From Octopus vulgaris (lineage: Eukaryota): a DNA stretch of 64,000 nt. The DNA lies in assembly GCA_951406725.2 (NCBI GenBank), contig OX597836.1, positions 2,790,001 to 2,854,000 on the forward strand, given 5' to 3'. This document shows, piece by piece, positions 1 to 12,540 of the stretch (the stretch's first letter is position 1; every line of letters begins with the position of its first letter). The notes under the pieces were generated by a model, which searched no databases, was not told the origin of the DNA, and worked only from the letters and a program-made list of their open reading frames with translations. The position numbers and the translations under genes were made by a program.

Positions 1-50
1 ATAATAATATTAGTGATGATAATAATAATAATATTTTTTTATTATTGACG

Positions 51-88
<38 letters not shown>

Positions 89-707
89 GTCATCATCACC
101 ATATTTCAAACAGAGCTTGTCGTTCGGTGTAGAGGAATGTTCTATCAACTTTAGTATTTGACAGTTATTTTATTCTAGCGAACGAAGAAATATGAAGGCG
201 AAGCGAGGTTCAATGAAAAAAATAATAATAATGAAAAATATTGAATACGTATGAAGAGGCAATGGTTCACTGATTCACCATTAAATGTGTTCAAGAATGA
301 CAAATATTTTATTTCTCAAAATGTATTACGCAATATGAGATATACTATTTACAGTTATTTCTCGATCCACGCAGACACAGAGTTTAAAACGTTGCTGTAA
401 TGATATTGTTATCAGAAACGATAAAATGTCTTTTCGTTGATGTAGCAATTATTCGATGGAATGACAAAAATTTAAAGTTTAGAAATATGTAATGGAACAT
501 CAGACATATTACACTCAACGGTCTCCCCATTTGTACAGATAAGGGGTTGAATGTGTAAACCCTGTTGGTTTTGACAAAGTGTTATACTGAAATGAAATAT
601 CTCCTGCTCGTATCAGGAGCATCGTTCCACAATAGACTTCTGGAAGGAAATTTGAATGTATTCGGTATTAAAGAAGAAAGCTAAATGTTGGTTGCCACAA
701 TATGTTT

Positions 708-825
708 ATTATTAACACCGCCTTAGCGAAGGCGGGGGTATTGTTTTCAGTCGTGTTTGTTTGTTCGCTAGTTCATTGGACAAGATATCTCAGGCACTGC
801 TGGATTCCGATGAAATTTTCAGGGT
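708..825 (+). mobile_element. Terminal fragment of a Helentron/DINE-like non-autonomous element
   Basis: Perfect 7-bp hairpin CCGCCTT-AGCG-AAGGCGG (718-735) after a T-rich site, then GTTTTCAG, a (GTTT)n tract and a GGATTCCGATGAAATTTTC core, as in DINE/HINE-type elements. Truncated against the LINE fragment. Confidence 0.45.
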
Positions 826-1110
826 TGTTTGCCCAAGTTCCCTCCGAGATTGTCGACGTACCTCCCCTCCACTAATGCTTTGGTTGAGTTGAAGTTGCTC
901 AATGTCTTCCTGATACGACATAGTTGTTTTAGAGCAACGCGACACCCTCGGTGCCATTCGCACTTTCTCAGCCTCTTTTTGATCCACGAGTACAGTTCGG
1001 TCATGGAGACGAGCTGCGGGAAAGCGCGCCTCACATACGGTGATCACACTTGTTCATCGACGTCTACGTAGAGCCAGAGATGTCGGAGTCTCAGAGCGTG
1101 TCTGCGCATT
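826..1110 (-). mobile_element. L1/Tx1-type LINE ORF2 fragment (post-RT region), degenerate
   Basis: Minus strand reads MRRHALRLRHLWLYVDVDEQV*SPYVRRAFPQLVSMTELYSWIKKR..EWHRGCRVALKQL, resembling the region between RT and the CCHC finger of L1/Tx1 ORF2. GC-richer than flanks; its 5' end abuts a (GATA)n array at ~1112. Confidence 0.55.
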
Positions 1111-1184
1111 AAATAGATAGATACGTAGATATAGACAGATCAATAGAAAGATAGATATAGATTTTTATATATAGATAAATAGAC

Positions 1185-1238
<54 letters not shown>

Positions 1239-1266
1239 GAACGTACCTACGTAGATAGATAGATAG

Positions 1267-1512
1267 GAAGCACTCCGTCGGTTACGACGACGAGGGTTCC
1301 GGTTGATCCGATCAACGTAACAGCCTGCTCGTGAAATTACCGTGCAAGTGGCTGAGCACTCCACAGACACGTGTACCCTTAACGTAGTTCTCGGGGATAT
1401 TCAGCGTGACACAGAGAGTGACAAGGCCGGCCCTTTGAAATACAGGTACAACAGAAACAGGAAGTAAGAGTGAGAGAAAGTTGTGGTGAAAGAGTACAGC
1501 AGGGATCGACCA
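1267..1512 (-). mobile_element. SINE family A, 3' module with an alternative upstream segment
   Basis: 1285-1450 aligns with 7968-8140 (GACGAG..GTTGATCCGA..AACAGCCTGCTCGTGAAA..CAAGTGGC.GAGCACTCCACAGACACG); lies inside a (GATA)n array. Confidence 0.75.
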
Positions 1513-1519
1513 AAGCGAC

Positions 1520-1555
<36 letters not shown>

Positions 1556-2308
1556 TGATTGATTGATTGATTCGCACATGTAGCATTTCAAAGTTTAGAG
1601 TCTTGTAAATTGATTTCAAGCTCAGAAAATCTGTTATATGAAATGCGCAAAAAGCACCAGAGAATATATGTGTATATATATGTAGGGGATATATGTACAT
1701 GTGAATTAGAGTGCATGTATGTAGTTATACATGTATGTGTGTGTGTACATGTGTGTATATATATATGTGTGTGTGTGTACCTGTGTTTGTATATAAATAT
1801 GAATGTGTTTATCTATGTATAAATATATATAAATCTATATATATGTATATACATATGTATGTGTTTGTACGTGGGTGTGTATGTGTGTATGTGTGTGTAG
1901 CTGTGTGTTTGTTTTTGTGTGTCCATATATGTTTATGTATGTGTGTACCTGTGTATGTATGTATAAATATACTCATCTACTCTAGACACAATGCCTTATG
2001 TATAAATAAAAATATATCTATATACGTATACATATATGCATGTGTGTGTGTGTGCGTGTGTATGTACGTGTGTATGTATTTATGTATGTATGAGTGTTTC
2101 TGTCGATATATGCATATTCATGTATGTATGTGTGTGCACCTGTCTGTTTGTATTTGTGTATCCATACACACGATAAAAACAACGAATTGCTCGCTCACAT
2201 ACTGATACATATTATCATATATATTCGCCCTGGTAACACTCACGCAAATACATCTGTTCTTGAAATATGGAAATCAGAAAATAAACAAAAACACACACAC
2301 ACACACAA

Positions 2309-2385
<77 letters not shown>

Positions 2386-2644
2386 TGTGTGTGTGTGTAT
2401 AGACAATTTAATGTCGGTGAATATGTATTCTTTAGATATCTCGGAATTGTTCTGTTTTCTTCGGAAATGCTTTCTTCAATAGAATCGACAAAAGTCTCCG
2501 CTGATTACTGCAAAAGATTATTAGAACGAGAGAAAAACATCAAGTAGAAATAATTGCCCCCCACCACCACCACCGCCCACACTCAGACACAAACAGACAC
2601 ACACATACAAAAACACACATAGAAATACACAGACATGTATTAAA

Positions 2645-2680
<36 letters not shown>

Positions 2681-2809
2681 GCGTGTGTGGAAAACCCAAG
2701 CCATACTAAAGCGAATTTAGGAAAACAATTTTGCTTAACGCGACCAAAGCGACTGCTTCTGCTAACGATTACAATAATGAAAACAATAGCAGCAATAATA
2801 ATAATAATA

Positions 2810-2955
2810 GGGGACCGGGATAGTCGATTACATCGCACACTGAAAGAACGAAAGGCAAAGTCGACCTCATCGAAATTTGAACCAAGAACCTAACGGCAAA
2901 CGATATACTGCTAAGCATTTCTCTCGGCAAGCCAATGATTTTGCCAGCTCGCTGC
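2810..2955 (-). mobile_element. SINE family B, internally deleted
   Basis: Reverse complement of the family B head and core (GAAAGGCAAAGTCGACCTC..ATTTGAAC..CTAAGCATTTC..TGCCAGCTCGC). Confidence 0.8.
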
Positions 2956-2958
2956 GTT

Positions 2959-3013
<55 letters not shown>

Positions 3014-3136
3014 TGATGATGATGATGATGATAATAATTTGGGCTAAATTCAGCGGATTTTTTGGTGATGGAGATTGGTTAATGGTATCGGGGTGCGAAC
3101 AATTCTACTAACTTGAGGCCGTCACAATACTATAAA

Positions 3137-3240
3137 TATTGATTTCAAATTTCAGCACGAAGCCAGCAATTTCGGGGAAGGATAAGCCAATTGCATCGAC
3201 GCCAGTACATAACTGTTACTTATTTATCGTCCCCGATAGT
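3137..3240 (-). mobile_element. SINE family B 3' fragment
   Basis: ATCGACGCCAGTAC..ACTGTTACTTATTTATCGTCCCCGA plus type-2 tail. Confidence 0.6.
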
Positions 3241-3272
3241 ATTATTATTCCGTCTTCGCTGGAAAATGATCC

Positions 3273-3353
<81 letters not shown>

Positions 3354-3442
3354 CAGTAGAATTAAAGTCTGATAATATCAACAACATCCTTATTAACATA
3401 ACCATTAATATTACTGCGGCTACAACTACTAAAATTTGACTT

Positions 3443-3484
<42 letters not shown>

Positions 3485-3852
3485 GTAATTTTCATTATGA
3501 CAATAAGGAGGTCTAGGAAGAGGGTAACTTGGGAAGAAGTAGAGGGGCCGGTTGGGAATTATAATAATGATTACAAGGGGAAGATGGGGAATATAAAAGC
3601 CTCCCTAATGCTAATAATGAAAAAATAAGAGAATGAGAGTAATGAAAAAAAATATGATGCACGAAATATTAAGACTGGTAATATCCATTATAAAAAATTA
3701 GCCAACACTAATGATGAAAATAACATTTATGATGAAGATAATGACAATAATAATCATAATTAATATTACCATAATTATCATCGTCATTATTATTATTATT
3801 ATTATTGTTGTTGTTGTTGTTATTATTATTATTATTGCTGTTGTTGTTCTAG

Positions 3853-3887
<35 letters not shown>

Positions 3888-4231
3888 GAAGTAAGTAACA
3901 ACACGATTATCTGCGTGTTATGTTTAAAGTATACTGGAGAGCTTACAAGGCTAGAGAAAAATTGTAAAAAAAATAGATACGGAATGATAAAAAATGATAT
4001 TAATGGTGGAGAAAAAAAGAAATTGATAAATTAGATATACTTTCTTTAAGACAAAGAGATGCAGATATTCCGAACGGGAAGCCAAATGGTAAACAAAAAC
4101 AACAAAAAAAAACCAGCATTATGCAACGTGTAGGAATATATATTGGCATATGTCAAAGAATGGTAAGAAAATTACGAAATAATATATCGATAATAGAGGA
4201 TAAAGGAAAAAATCAACGTCCATATACATTC

Positions 4232-4306
<75 letters not shown>

Positions 4307-4614
4307 GTGTATGTATATATTTATATATATATATATATATACTTAGATATATACATAAATATACACATATATATATATATCTACATATATATATATATAT
4401 ATATATATGTTTGCATGTATGTATGTAAGTATGTATGTATGAAAATATTTGCTTGCATAGGATAATAGCATATAAGATATATGTGTCTATTTGTTTGTGT
4501 GTGTATATATATATATGGTGGGGGTGTATACTTGTGTGCATACGTTTGTTAATATGGTTGTGTGTGTAGTTATGCCTCAAAGGATAATAGTATTCAATAT
4601 TATGTGTGCATATG

Positions 4615-4647
<33 letters not shown>

Positions 4648-5139
4648 TTGTGTGTTTGTGTGCAAGTGTGTGTATATGGGTTTGTGCACGTGTGCTTTGG
4701 TTGGTCTGTGCGTCTGTGAGTGAGTTTCTTTATATGTATGTGTGTGGTTGTGTATGCATCAATGAATATATAATGTCTGATGCACAAAGGGTATATAAAG
4801 AGAGAGAAAGAGTGTGATCGAGAGAGAGTGAGGTGGAGTAGTGACACTCAAATTCGAACTCACATATAAACAGAGTCACGTGGTCACGTAAATAATGAAT
4901 GCTGGAAAGGGAGTTACGTAAACACGGTCTGAAGTGAGAAAAACTAATTTAAAAGCCACCAGAAACACAACAACAACGACAACAACAACAACAACAACAA
5001 CTCAAGTATCTACATCAACAGCAGCAGCAGCAGCCGTAACAACATGTGCTCTAATACCAAAATAACAAAAATAACAACTCGTAATAAAAAGGATGATTAA
5101 TATGTTGATGGTTGGCAGTACTGTTTCTGCTGCTGCTGG

Positions 5140-5160
5140 TGATGATGATGGTGATGATGG

Positions 5161-5192
<32 letters not shown>

Positions 5193-5419
5193 GTGATGAT
5201 AATGGTGATGATGATATTGGTTGTGATGCTGTTGATGGCGATTAAATATGGTGGCGTGAACGACGATAATGCTGAAGATACGTTGACAAGGAGGAGAGTA
5301 ATGGAGGACGATGAAGGAGATAGGTAAATAAATTGCAAAAGCAGCAGCAGCAGTAGCAGTAGCAGCAGTAGCAGCAGTAGTATTAGTAGTAGTAGTATTA
5401 GTATTAGTAGTATTAGTAT

Positions 5420-5466
<47 letters not shown>

Positions 5467-5467
5467 T

Positions 5468-5523
<56 letters not shown>

Positions 5524-5526
5524 TTA

Positions 5527-5559
<33 letters not shown>

Positions 5560-5560
5560 T

Positions 5561-5597
<37 letters not shown>
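5140..5597. repeat. (GAT)n and (TAG)n/(TAT) trinucleotide microsatellites
   Basis: Directly visible. Confidence 0.95.
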
Positions 5598-5600
<3 letters not shown>

Positions 5601-5834
5601 TCGTCTTTCTCTTGTTTTTGGGTTGGTAGTGTTTGAGTTGCTGCTGTAGTATTGTAAAATACCAACGGCGGTCGTTCCCGTCGCTTTCGGCTTACGATGT
5701 TCGAAGGAAAGGATTTAAAGACACGAAAATAAATGTGGGGAGAAGGTGAAAACAAAGTTGGAAAAGAAATGAAACAAAATGAACCTGGATCTATTTTCGA
5801 TGGATGCCTGAATGTAATTTGAGTCCATTTATAC

Positions 5835-6523
5835 AGAGACTGCAAGAGGAGCAAAATGTAACAAGCCTAGTCATGGATCGATTATCTTACGGCGTACGAT
5901 ATGATCCCGCAAGATTATGGAGTGTATGAACCTATTTGGTATTGCATCGAATGCTTGGAAAAAGTATGGCAAATTGGAGGACGGACCTAACAGCATACGG
6001 AAGAAGTTTTGGGACAGTAGAAATTAGGAGGGGCATTCTCAAAGGGGACTACCTGTCCCCACTGATCTTTGTACTGTGCTTGATACAACTAACACTGACT
6101 CTGAGGAAAGCAAATGCTGGGTATGTATTCAAAAGCCGCCAATAAAAATTAAACCATTTTTTATTCATGGATAACCACAAACTTTATGGTAAAGATGAAA
6201 CCCAAGTCAGTTCCTTCGTTGATATGGTGTAGACCTTCAGTGCTGTTATCAGAATGGAGTTCGGACTGAGAAAGTGTGGTGTGTTAGTCTTGAAAAGAAG
6301 CAAAATCAAATGTATGGACGGGCTAAAATGCTGTCAGGGGATGTTAGGAAGCACATAGAAGAGATGGGCTGTAAGTACCTGGGCATTTTGGAAATGGATA
6401 AATTAATGGAGACAGAAATGAAAGAAACATCGGACTGAGACTGATACTTAAGTCGATATTAAATGGACGGAATAAGATCGTCGCTGTCAACACCTGGGTG
6501 GTTTCACTCCTTAGATATGGAGC
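5835..6523 (+). mobile_element. R4/Dong-type (RLE-clade) non-LTR retrotransposon reverse transcriptase fragment, pseudogenised
   Basis: Translations WIDY..AYDMIP, IRRGILKGDYLSPLIF (QGDxLSP motif), LNHFLFMDNHKLY (YMDD motif), MEFGLRKC, KYLGILE and LNGRNKIVAVNTWVVSLLRYG, with stops and frameshifts. Confidence 0.88.
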
Positions 6524-7493
6524 AAATGACCCAAAAGTCCAAAGGACCGAGCATACAAAACCAGTATTTGGCTGCTCGCACAAATATAAGCATTGCTTAT
6601 ATCGATAAAAAGATCCCCTGTCAGTCTTAGCAAGGAAGTGGGATGTCCCTGTCAGTATTCATTTTAGGCCACTGGGTGAAACACTAAAACCTACCACCGT
6701 TACTAGGCCTCAGTGTACAAAAACAGTTTAGATGGAAGACCAAAAAGATTCGGTGGAACGCGAGTAATTTGTTCGTTTACCGAATTGGTCTTGGGTGGCC
6801 ATATTACACTTCTACAACCTAATTCCTTGAATCATTTTGCTTCGCTTCTGTTTTAGCGCATAAAACTTGTCTCTCACAACACATCGTTCCTTCTGAAAAA
6901 ATGGTCGAGAACTTTTACCGCCGCAAACATGTCTGTCACAAAACAGCTAACACAACTATCGAAGTATGTTTATTTCACATCCTACGCATTTTAGAAGTTT
7001 GTGAAGAATTGGAAAGCTACTTCTAGTGGCACAAAAGGCAACGTGTAAGTATTTTTCTATGTTCTTATTCATATAGGTTTCTCAAACAACTGATTTTATT
7101 TGATGTCATTTAGAATTAATCCATAATATTCTTTATCACGCTCTGAAATTCGCAAGCACACAATGCCACACGCGCCTGCTTGCATACATATATAGATATT
7201 TGAACGCGCATGTATATGTGAGTTGTACATGTGTTTTACAGAATGATTTTTAAAAATCATTTCATGGAATGTGTCGTGACAAAGTATGCTGCAAACGCAT
7301 TCCACTTGTGGTGGTAACACGAAGAACTGGCAGCAGACACAGGAATGAAAGAGAATTTGAAATTAAATCAACCACACACGTTAGAGTAAAAGTATATGGC
7401 AGCAACACAGGAACGTTAAAATTCTCCAAAGCTGAAGAAAAATCTTCATTGTAGTGTGAGGGAATATCTTATATTTTTAGTATAATGTGTATA

Positions 7494-7870
7494 CAGAGAC
7501 ATGACACAAGTAATTAGACACCTTTAAAATTGTTGAAATTTATTTAAATCTGAAATTATATATTCAGATTATATATTTATTATGTGAATATCTAATACTT
7601 AGTAGACATCATTTTTGCATTTATTAGAAAGCTAGGTACCTTCAGGCATGCTAGTCATCAGATGACGTATAGTCTCTGGAAGTATTTCTTGCCAAGTTTC
7701 ATGCAGTAATCTCAAAAGATCTGGCTTTGAGGATGCTTTCTTGATCTTTATACAAAGTATCTTGTCCATTATGCCCCAGAAGTGTTCAATGGGGTTCATA
7801 TCAGCTGGTTGGCTTGGCAATGGAAAATTTTAATATTATTATCTTCCACCCAATCTTGGGGACGTGTTAG
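7494..7870 (-). mobile_element. Tc1/mariner transposon remnant: transposase C-terminus plus one terminal repeat
   Basis: PSQPADMNPIEHFWGIMDK..LHETWQEILPETIRHLMTSMP matches the Tc1 WPxxSPDLNPIExxW..SMP C-terminus; TA|CAG.. terminus at 7492-7496. Confidence 0.85.
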
Positions 7871-7965
7871 CCGTGTATCAAGGAGACCCATATTCCATAA
7901 ATAAAGAGAATTCTTTAAGCATTTTACATCAGGGGATTGGAAGGAGTCTTTTCTACAACTTGGAC

Positions 7966-8265
7966 ACTGCGATGACGAGTGCTCCAGTTGATCCGAACAA
8001 CGGAACAGCCTGCTCGTGAAAGTGACGTACAAGTGGCGGAGCACTCCACAGACACGCGTATCATTATCGTAGTTTTCAGGGGGACTCAGCGTGACACAGG
8101 AAGTGCTAAGAATGGCTCCTTGTGATTTACAAGTACAGCACATTTTCGCCAACAGAGTGGACCAGAGTGGAACATGAAATAAAGCTACTTGCTGCAGGAC
8201 ACAAGGAACCTCTGGGAATCGAAATCACGACCTTCCGACCGTGAGCCGAATGTCCAAATCACTTG
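7966..8265 (-). mobile_element. SINE family A, near full length (tRNA head, CORE-like domain, 3' module)
   Basis: B-box-like TTCGATTCCC on the minus strand at ~8214-8224; CORE-like TTGTGTCC..GCAAG..CTTTATTTCA segment; 3' module shared with 1267-1450. Confidence 0.75.
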
Positions 8266-8577
8266 AATTCATGAAAGGTTTTCTGAAACTGTCGCTCAAA
8301 GGAGAAAAGGAAAGCCGTAAAGTTATACCTTCAGATATTTATCGGTATTGTTGCTATAAACGCTGCTTTTGCTAATTTTGTTATTTAATCGATAACGTTT
8401 TAGCTATTCATGTTGTATCTGCATTCACCCGCGGCCATTAGACACAGGTTTCAATATCCGGAGAAGATAATAGAATGCATATCTATTTATTTAAATATGT
8501 ACGACTATTTGGCGTTTTCACGTGTCATTTCGCCTAGGCAGCATCTATATTTCATTATGTGATTTCATGTGAATCTG

Positions 8578-8790
<213 letters not shown>

Positions 8791-9379
8791 GTCTGCACGT
8801 ATGTAACTATGGATTAGATGAATGATTGGTCGTTAGAAAGGCAATCACAGATATGTCCATGTTTGCATGCGTGTTTTCTGTACGTGTCTATAGCTGTTTG
8901 TATTCATATACATGTGTGCGTGTGTGCGCGCGCATGTGTGTGTGTATGTGTGTGTACACACAAATTCATGCGTACACATATTTATTTGTAGGGAAAAACT
9001 TCAGTCCTGAAAATAGGATTTTAAATTACTTATAGGAAGCTATTATCACTGCTGTAGCCTCGGACATGTTCGCATATTTAACCTCCTCCTGTAAATTAAA
9101 TTTTGCAAGTATTTGAAATTCGCGTGGGCTACTCAAGAAGGCAGATCTTTCTAATATTTAGTATTCAATATTCACCTGGAAGGAGATAAGTAATTTCCGA
9201 AATACGACTTACGTTACACACGACGTTTACATATGTGTGTGTGTGTGTGTATTTTGTATGTATGTGTGTGTACGTGTGTGTAGTGTGTGTGTAATGGAAG
9301 TAGGTATGTATGTATGCACGCCTATCAATCATGTGTTCACTAGAGAGCTCGATTCCGTTCTCATATTGAAGTACATACG

Positions 9380-9590
9380 AATATAGGAACCAGTCATCGA
9401 GTTTTATGGAGATGTGGTAGTTGATACGTCGACCCCAGTATTCAGTTGGTATTTATTTTATGGGCACCGAAGTGGAAGAGCATTAAAGTCGACGTCCGCA
9501 GAACGTGAGCTCAGAATGTAATGAGCCGGAAGGAATGCCGTTAAGAATGTTATCCATTATGCTAACGACTTTTAGGGTTCAACGCATTAA
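9380..9590 (-). mobile_element. SINE family B, degenerate
   Basis: GTCGACCCCAGTA..TTGGTATTTATTT..AAAGTCGACGTCCG..GAGCTCAGAATGTAA..GCTAACGA. Confidence 0.65.
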
Positions 9591-9919
9591 TTCTTATAAT
9601 TAAACGGAAATGTAACTGATTTAAACTTATAGATGGGTTTAATCAATCTCAGGACTTATAGGTTTTGTATAAATCAGGCACTTATTCTATCGCTTCTGTC
9701 GATGAAATAAGAAAGAGAAAGTTCTTCGTACAGTATCATAGGTTTGAAAAAATGATTACAAACGTCATTTCTGATAATTTTCTACTTTGATAATTAACTG
9801 TTTATAAGTTATTAGGTGTTTACAAAATTGTAAACTTCAAATTATTAAAGTGGGAAACTTATCATATGACACCATTTCTATTCATCTTTTCGAATATATG
9901 TACCCTTATATATATATAT

Positions 9920-10203
9920 ATTTATATATATTTCGTTTTGGGTTTTTGTTTGCAAGATTCTTAAGCATATTCAGTTGTGTCTGGGGAGAGTCATTTTCTT
10001 TTTGTGCCTTATAATTTAACAAACTCACCTGTAAAATTGCCACTTCTTTCTTTTCTTTTCCTAAAATTTTCGTTACGTCTTGCAACCTTTTCAGCTGGCA
10101 AGACTATTGGAAATTTTGCAAGACGCAACGAAAATTTTAGAAAAATAAAAATAACAAATAAGTGAGTGTGTTAAATTATAGTGCACAAAAAGAAATGACA
10201 CAA

Positions 10204-10210
<7 letters not shown>
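9920..10210. mobile_element. Inverted pair of Penelope-like pLTR fragments, each with a hammerhead-like motif
   Basis: Arms 9990-10093 and 10108-10200 are imperfect reverse complements; each carries stem TTGC-AAGAC-GYAA followed by C-GAAA-AT-TT; both outer ends abut (TA)n. Confidence 0.55.
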
Positions 10211-10240
<30 letters not shown>

Positions 10241-10352
10241 CACACAGAGGAATGTACGTTAATACCGGAGGTATGAGAGGGGAGTTCTGACACTACAGGT
10301 AATAGTGGATATAATATTCTAATAAAACCAATATATATATATTAACTATATA

Positions 10353-10755
10353 CAGTAGGACCTCGCAGAATGAGTGTCCAATTTTCCCATTGTACGATTA
10401 ATTTGTTGTACGAGCCGAGACTCGTGCGAATTTATGTCTGGAAGTGCGAGCAGATATCCGCGGTACGAGCCCACAAATCATCCCATCTTGAAGATAATTC
10501 AGTTAATAAAACCAGTTTACACATTTCGTTTGAATTCTCTTCTTTTTATAATTGTCATTTTACTTGTAACTACACCTTTTCTGTTTTAAAACTCAAAAAA
10601 ACTTGGTCGTGTGGTTTTGGGGGCTGGAACGGATTAATTATATTTTAGTTAATTTGAAGGGGGGAAATTGATTCGTAAAACGAGTAAATCGTAAAACGAG
10701 TAAATCGTAAAACGAGCTCGGTCATGGAACAAATTAATCTCGTATTGCGATGCAC
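10353..10755 (+). mobile_element. Tigger/pogo-type MITE
   Basis: TA|CAGTAGGACCTCG left terminus; GGCTGGAACGGATTAATT and CGAGCTCGGTCATGGAACAAATTAATCTCGTA subterminal motifs typical of Tigger derivatives; right terminus eroded; TCGTAAAACGAG repeated 3 times at 16-bp spacing (~10674-10717). Confidence 0.7.
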
Positions 10756-11079
10756 ATATATATATACTTTTCAAGATAAAACAAATATCCTGGAAATACA
10801 AACACAGAGGCACAGAGGCAGAAAATAAACATATCAAAGGAGGTCAGAGAAGACGATCGATACTTTCCTCTACTAGTATAGCAATAGTAGCAATATGAGA
10901 GTGCAATATGAGTCTAATAAGTTATTTTCTGTATGAGAACAATATTTCGTTATGAAGCCTTTGCGGAAAACAATAGCTGAATGCAAATGTGTAAGGACAC
11001 GGTTAAATATTTATAATTATTTTATTAGATCGATCACACCCGCCAACTCTATACATGTCATGAATACAATACGATCGCA

Positions 11080-11152
<73 letters not shown>

Positions 11153-11821
11153 GTATCTATCTATCTATCTATCTGTATAGATTACTCATCAGTCCGGCTC
11201 GCCAATATTGTTGATTACTACTGACAACTGACAAAGAACTAATTAATAGAGATCAAAGTCTGAGACTAACGTGAGTGGCATAACACATTTTTGAGTTTTC
11301 CAATTGGTTGCAGGCAGTTTTTGTTCGTAGTTCACGGGGTCAAGAGAGCGCGTGCATGTAACAGAGAGAGATGAGGCTAATGGAGGAAGCAGCGGCGACG
11401 GCGACGGGGCTCTGTTAGGGTATGTATGTATTAGCGTCTATCAGTTAAATAATTGATGCAGTGAATGTAGTTGTTGCGGTGGCCGTGGTGGTGGTGGTGG
11501 TGGTGGTGGTGGTGATGATGATTAGAGTGATGGCCGCAATGGGACGTTGTGAGATTTGTTTTGTTTTTCCTTTTGTTATACTGATGGTAGTGGTGGTGGC
11601 GGGTGCGAGGGATGGTATTACTGGGAGGTTATCGTTCTCTTTATGGTGGCGATGCTGCTGATGCTGATAGTAGTGTCTGTGGTGGTGGCGGTGGTGGTTT
11701 TGATGGAGGTGGTGGTGGTGGTGGTGGTGGTTTTGATGGAGGTGGCCCTGGAGATGGTAGTTGTATTAAGCACGATTGTGATGTGGACATTAACGTTTGA
11801 AATGGTAGAACGAGATCTGAT

Positions 11822-12056
11822 AATATTGATTTCAAATTTTGACACAATGCCAGTAATTTCTAGGAACGTGGGTAAATCGATTATATCCACCCCGAAGTAC
11901 AGCTGGTACTTAATTTGTCCACCCAGAAGTACAGCTAGTACTTAATTTATCCACACCAAATTACAAGTGGTGCTTAATTAATCAACTCCAATGTACAAGT
12001 GGTACTTAATTTATTGACCCTGAATTACAACTGGTACTACATTATTACCCATAAAG
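11822..12056 (-). mobile_element. SINE family B 3' part with a 32-bp internal unit amplified about 5 times
   Basis: Type-2 tail at 11822-11880, then units like ATCCACCCCGAAGTACAGCTGGTACTTAATTT. Confidence 0.75.
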
Positions 12057-12357
12057 CATCTTGGATACTAAAATGCTGAGAAGCATCTGACCAATTTCCT
12101 GGCACGAATTGATTTTTCTCCCTTTGCGTTCTGAGTTTCACACTTCTACCTCGACAACATATTTTCTTCGGCACAGGTTAAAATGCCAGATGCTGGTTAT
12201 GACTGCGTCTCTACGAAACCGCTTCGTTCCTTTCCCATAATTCGTAGCTCCCTGTCAAAGTAAAATACCAATATAATTATTATCAAGTGATGTCTTACTT
12301 TACTTCCAGGTCTCATTATTACGTACGTCTTTCCTATGTATTGATGTAAACGGATCA

Positions 12358-12540
12358 CGGTGTTCTTAAATGAATGCATAGGTGAGGATTGAGAATCGAT
12401 GATAGGAAATGAATGCGTTTCTCATCTCAACAAATTTCACATTCATATTGACGCGTATCCCAATAGTGTTCGCGTATAATGCATTCTCATTCACATATGG
12501 TATAAAAGCATTTACATTAGTCGAAATCACATTGTGAGGA
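12358..12540 (-). pseudogene. Possible decayed C2H2 zinc-finger pair
   Basis: Minus-strand fragments QCDFD*CKCF, RMHYTRT, RQYECEIC and HLCIHLRT, across frameshifts and stops. Confidence 0.25.

Noticed and set aside
11885-12045. CRISPR-like 32-bp periodicity
   Set aside because: Contiguous tandem units without spacers, derived from SINE B.
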